Source of the DNA: Cylindrospermopsis raciborskii Cr2010
GTDB lineage: Bacteria; Cyanobacteriota; Cyanobacteriia; Cyanobacteriales; Nostocaceae
NCBI RefSeq assembly: GCF_003367075.2
Contig: NZ_CP065936.1
Location: forward strand, 570,001 to 602,000
Length of the DNA stretch: 32,000 nt
Direction of reading: 5' to 3'
Below the pieces are notes generated by a model. The model had not been told where the DNA came from, made no database searches, and saw nothing but the letters and a program-made list of their open reading frames with translations. The number at the start of each line of letters is the position of its first letter. Position 1 is the first letter of the stretch. Positions 28,402 to 32,000 of the stretch are shown here, piece after piece. The position numbers and the translations under genes were made by a program.

Positions 28402-29802
28402 ATGGTATCGACTTACCCTGTCAAGGTTCAACCTTCCGGTCATCAGTATCTATCTATTGTAGATGTTCCTACCAGTGTTTCTCCTAATCAGCAACTTCTA
28501 CCTGTAAGTGCCAAAGTTATTGATCATGATTTCCTGGAAATTGGCGGGTGTGATGTTAAAACCCTGGTTCAACAGTTTGGCTCTCCCCTCTATATCCTAG
28601 ATGAACTAACTGTGCGCACCGCTTGTCAACAATATCGAGACGCCTTTAATAAATATTACAAAGGACAATCCCAAATATTGTATGCTTCTAAAGCATGGAA
28701 CTGTTTAGCAGTTTGTGCCATTGTTGCTTCAGAAGGTTTAGGAATAGATGTGGTATCTGGTGGGGAACTTTACACCGCTTTAACTGCGGGTATGAGTCCG
28801 GACAAAATCTACCTTCATGGCAATAATAAATCTCACCATGAACTGATTTTTGCCGTAGAGACAGGTTGCACAATCGTAGTTGACAACTGGTACGAATTAA
28901 AGACCCTGGTAGCTATCCTAGAGCAGGAGGACCAGGCTAAAAAAATCAGGATCATGTTACGGTTAACCCCGGGAATTGAATGTCATACCCATGAATATAT
29001 CCGTACTGGACATTTAGATAGTAAATTTGGTTTTGACCCCAATGACTTACCAGAGGTATTTAGCTTTGTCAGTCAACAGTCAAGACTACACTGTGTGGGT
29101 GTACATGCTCACATTGGTTCCCAAATTTTTGAACGTCAACCCCATCGAGATTTAGCCGCTGTCATGGTACAGTGGTTGCGTGAAGCAAAACAATACAATC
29201 TAGAATTGGCAGAGCTAAATGTTGGCGGTGGTCTGGGAATTAAGTATACCGAGTCCGATGATCCCCCAAGTATTGAAGAATGGTCTAGGGCAATTTGTGA
29301 AGTAGTTCAAAGTGTTTGCGCTGAAGAAAACTTACCCTTACCTAAACTTTTGTGTGAACCCGGGCGATCGCTGATTGCTACGGGAGGTGTAACTGCTTAC
29401 ACTATTGGTTCAACTAAGACCATTCCGGATATTCGTACCTATGTAACTATTGACGGAGGGATGTCCGATAATCCTCGTCCAATTACATATCAATCGGTTT
29501 ATCGAGCAGTGGTAGCCAATAAAATGTCTGCCCCCCTCACAGAAACGGTCACCTTAGCGGGTAAACACTGTGAATCGGGAGATATTCTGATTAAAAATGT
29601 CCAACTGCCAAAAACTGAGCCGGGGGATGTGCTAGTGGTTATGACAACGGGAGCATATAATTACAGTATGGCCTCCAACTACAATCGTTTACCCCGTCCA
29701 GCAGCTGTTCTAGTAGCCAATGGAGAGGCAAATTTAATTTTGCAACGGGAAACCTATCAAGATATCATCCGACAAGATTGTTTACCGGAAAGACTTAAAT
29801 AA
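28402..29802 (+). CDS. lysA: diaminopimelate decarboxylase
   Basis: 466 aa; GSPLYILDELTVR, ILYASKAWNCLAV, GLGIDVVSGGELYTAL, GVHAHIGSQIF, LNVGGGLGIKYT, EPGRSLIA, CESGDIL, GAYNYSMASNYN. Confidence 0.96.
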   Translation: MVSTYPVKVQPSGHQYLSIVDVPTSVSPNQQLLPVSAKVIDHDFLEIGGCDVKTLVQQFGSPLYILDELTVRTACQQYRDAFNKYYKGQSQILYASKAWNCLAVCAIVASEGLGIDVVSGGELYTALTAGMSPDKIYLHGNNKSHHELIFAVETGCTIVVDNWYELKTLVAILEQEDQAKKIRIMLRLTPGIECHTHEYIRTGHLDSKFGFDPNDLPEVFSFVSQQSRLHCVGVHAHIGSQIFERQPHRDLAAVMVQWLREAKQYNLELAELNVGGGLGIKYTESDDPPSIEEWSRAICEVVQSVCAEENLPLPKLLCEPGRSLIATGGVTAYTIGSTKTIPDIRTYVTIDGGMSDNPRPITYQSVYRAVVANKMSAPLTETVTLAGKHCESGDILIKNVQLPKTEPGDVLVVMTTGAYNYSMASNYNRLPRPAAVLVANGEANLILQRETYQDIIRQDCLPERLK

Positions 29803-29875
29803 TTAGAAGTAATTAAGAGAGTCATCAAGGAGCGAGTCTCTTGGATGGTTATTAACCTTAGTTTATCCAGATGTC

Positions 29876-30826
29876 ATGAGAAATTGGTGGAAGCAATGGC
29901 TGACGACAAACTTAGAATGGTCACAGTCCTTGCTGATTGGGACTCTGGATATTCTCTTGGTGGTCGGTTTGACATATATGATTCTGGTAATTATTAGTGA
30001 ACGTCGAACACTATGGATGGTAAGGGGGTTTATTTTTCTAATGTTGGCTTCAGCAATAAGTGGAGCTTTAAACCTCATTTTACTCAATTTTGTTTTAGAG
30101 AAGCTAGTTATTGGTTGTGCAGTGGCCATGGCCGTATCATTACAGTTGGAATTTCGCCGGTTTCTAGAACAACTAGGAAGAGGGGAGTTTCGCCAGTTAT
30201 TTCAACCTCACCGATTAACAGTAACTAAATCTGACAGCGTAATTGATGAAATTGTTGATTCTATCAAAGAACTTTCTAAAAATCGTATTGGTGCTTTATT
30301 AATTTTGGAGACTACTGAACCTATCGATGAGCGGGACTTCTCAGTACCAGGAGTAAAGTTAAATGCACAAGTGTCTAAGGAACTTCTACAGACGATTTTT
30401 CAGCCCAAAACCCTATTACACGATGGAGCAACTTTAATTCGGGGTTCACGGATTGTTTCATCAGGTATAATTTTACCACTCTCAGGACGTACGGCCTCCC
30501 GTCAGTTGGGAACAAGACACCGAGCAGCTATGGGAATCACTGAGCGAGTGGAAAATTGTATTTGTGTTGTGGTATCAGAAGAAACTGGTTCTATTTCCCT
30601 AGCGGAACGGGGAACTTTATATAGACCACTGACAATTAGGAAGCTAAAGGAGTCTCTGGAGGCTCGTTTTTCGACCACTGTGGATCGGGAAGTCGTTGCA
30701 CCTGGTGTTTTCGGTTTAGTTAGTCAAATTGCTAGTCAAATTTTTAGATTTGTTTTCCGTTTATTTAGATTACCATTATCTTTTGCCAAAAAAATCAGAC
30801 TGAAAAATGACAATACAACAAACTGA
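29876..30826 (+). CDS. cdaA: diadenylate cyclase CdaA-type (DisA_N domain, membrane-bound)
   Basis: 316 aa; N-terminal TM helices; [83 protein letters not shown] (DGA and GTRHRAA motifs). Confidence 0.93.
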   Translation: MRNWWKQWLTTNLEWSQSLLIGTLDILLVVGLTYMILVIISERRTLWMVRGFIFLMLASAISGALNLILLNFVLEKLVIGCAVAMAVSLQLEFRRFLEQLGRGEFRQLFQPHRLTVTKSDSVIDEIVDSIKELSKNRIGALLILETTEPIDERDFSVPGVKLNAQVSKELLQTIFQPKTLLHDGATLIRGSRIVSSGIILPLSGRTASRQLGTRHRAAMGITERVENCICVVVSEETGSISLAERGTLYRPLTIRKLKESLEARFSTTVDREVVAPGVFGLVSQIASQIFRFVFRLFRLPLSFAKKIRLKNDNTTN

Positions 30827-31556
30827 ACTTCTATATTTACCTCCCGATTTAAAACCAGAATTATTGCCTAAACATGTGGCCGTAATTATGGATGGCAATG
30901 GTCGATGGGCTAAAGGCCAGGGCCTTCCTCGAATTATGGGTCACAAGCAGGGTGTGGACGCTCTTAAAAACTTGCTACGCTGTTGCAAGGATTGGGGTAT
31001 TCAAGCTCTAACTGCTTATGCTTTTTCCACGGAAAACTGGAATAGACCACATGAAGAGGTGGAATTTTTAATGACTCTTTTCCAAGGGGTGCTACGTCAG
31101 GAACTACGGGAAATGGTTGAAGAAAATGTGGAAATTCAGTTTGTTGGCAATTTACAAGCCTTACCTGTAGCACTACAGCGGGAAATCTCCCACTCTATGG
31201 CACAAACTCGTGGTAATCAAAGTATTAAGTTTACTGTGGCTACCAATTATGGTGGTAGACAAGAAATTGTACAAGCTTGTCAAGCTATTGCTCAAAAAGT
31301 TAAAGAGGGCCTATTAAACCCAGAGGAAATTTCTGAGGAGTTATTTGCTGGTCACTTGTACACAGCAGGAATTGCAGACCCAGATTTACTCATCCGCACC
31401 AGTGGAGAAATGCGTTTATCTAATTTCTTGCTTTGGCAAATGGCTTATGCAGAAATTTATATCACTGATACTTTATGGCCAGATTTTGACAGGAACCAAT
31501 TCCATCAAGCTCTACGTGCTTATCAACAAAGAGAACGACGGTTCGGTGGAGTATAA
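30807..31556 (+). CDS. uppS: isoprenyl transferase (di-trans,poly-cis undecaprenyl diphosphate synthase family)
   Basis: 249 aa; [76 protein letters not shown]. Confidence 0.95.
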   Translation: MTIQQTELLYLPPDLKPELLPKHVAVIMDGNGRWAKGQGLPRIMGHKQGVDALKNLLRCCKDWGIQALTAYAFSTENWNRPHEEVEFLMTLFQGVLRQELREMVEENVEIQFVGNLQALPVALQREISHSMAQTRGNQSIKFTVATNYGGRQEIVQACQAIAQKVKEGLLNPEEISEELFAGHLYTAGIADPDLLIRTSGEMRLSNFLLWQMAYAEIYITDTLWPDFDRNQFHQALRAYQQRERRFGGV

Positions 31557-31558
31557 AA

Positions 31559-31825
31559 TCAAGGACCAGAAAAAACCGCTTGCTCTATATCTTTCCGACT
31601 TAGGGAATACCTAAAGGAACGTTGGATATCTTGACCATTTTCCCCCGCTTGGATATATCTTACTGTCAGCTGCTCAATATCTAGCCATAATTCTGCCTGC
31701 CATGTTTGCTTTTTTAACCGCCAACAATGTAGTTCTGTTTCGTCTTGTTGGCAACCCTGATGCTTTAACCACTCTTCAATTTGTGGTAAGGGATGATTGT
31801 ATAGGGGGGTCTCTGGGGATAACAT
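31559..31825 (-). CDS. DUF3143-type small cyanobacterial protein
   Basis: 88 aa; TPLYNHPLPQIEEWLKHQGCQQDETELHCWRLKKQTWQAELWLDIEQLTVRYI. Confidence 0.75.
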   Translation of the reverse strand: MLSPETPLYNHPLPQIEEWLKHQGCQQDETELHCWRLKKQTWQAELWLDIEQLTVRYIQAGENGQDIQRSFRYSLSRKDIEQAVFSGP

Positions 31826-31849
31826 AGATAATTAAAAATCAATAAATCA

Positions 31850-32000
31850 CTATAGAGCAATGGAAAAACCTGGCTCACCTCTTATAAATGCTACTAAGAT
31901 TACCAGTATCAAACAACCTATTATTGTCAGAGCTAGTACAAGCAGTATAAATAGTTCTCCAGATGATAAAGGGCGATCGCTCGCCTCTAAATACATAGAC
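31850..32000 (-). CDS. small membrane protein, possibly extending past the window edge
   Basis: Reverse strand reads (M)YLEASDRPLSSGELFILLVLALTIIGCLILVILVAFIRGEPGFSIAL*, with one strong TM helix. Candidate ATG at 31996, but the true start may be outside the window. Confidence 0.4.
   Translation of the reverse strand, partial: SMYLEASDRPLSSGELFILLVLALTIIGCLILVILVAFIRGEPGFSIAL

Overview
This 32 kb window looks like an ordinary, gene-dense cyanobacterial chromosome segment. Support comes from about 11 exact HIP1 octamers (GCGATCGC), an ndhF3-ndhD3-cupA type CO2-uptake cluster, and several cyanobacterial conserved small proteins. It is probably Nostocales-like, but that is inference. Supported content: a partial LCP-family gene, AI-2E transporter, QueD, NDH-1MS genes, a Uma2/DUF820 protein with a tandem-repeat tail, Tex, an ABC-2 type exporter pair, mannose-1-phosphate guanylyltransferase, a second LCP gene, DUF2949, DUF192 and TPR proteins, a metal-binding SBP / WD40 / COG0523 GTPase group, GH57, ClpC, RimI, LysA, CdaA, UppS and DUF3143. 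I found no CRISPR array, tRNA, rRNA, intact transposase, phage module or recognisable defence system, and I do not claim a new biological system. The features most worth a second look are: (1) a MITE-like family of about 85-120 bp bounded by TA and AGTRGG termini, with two copies bracketing a gene island; (2) an unannotated, internally deleted cytochrome P450 (CYP110-like) remnant; (3) a possible zinc-homeostasis group with a candidate Zur/Fur-like box; (4) a tandem 194/218 bp structured repeat downstream of cupA, where cupS is often found; (5) an in-frame 42 bp repeat expansion in the Uma2 protein; and (6) a structured intergenic stretch with a 48-aa ORF missed by the track. All positions were read by eye and repeat boundaries may be off by a few bases.
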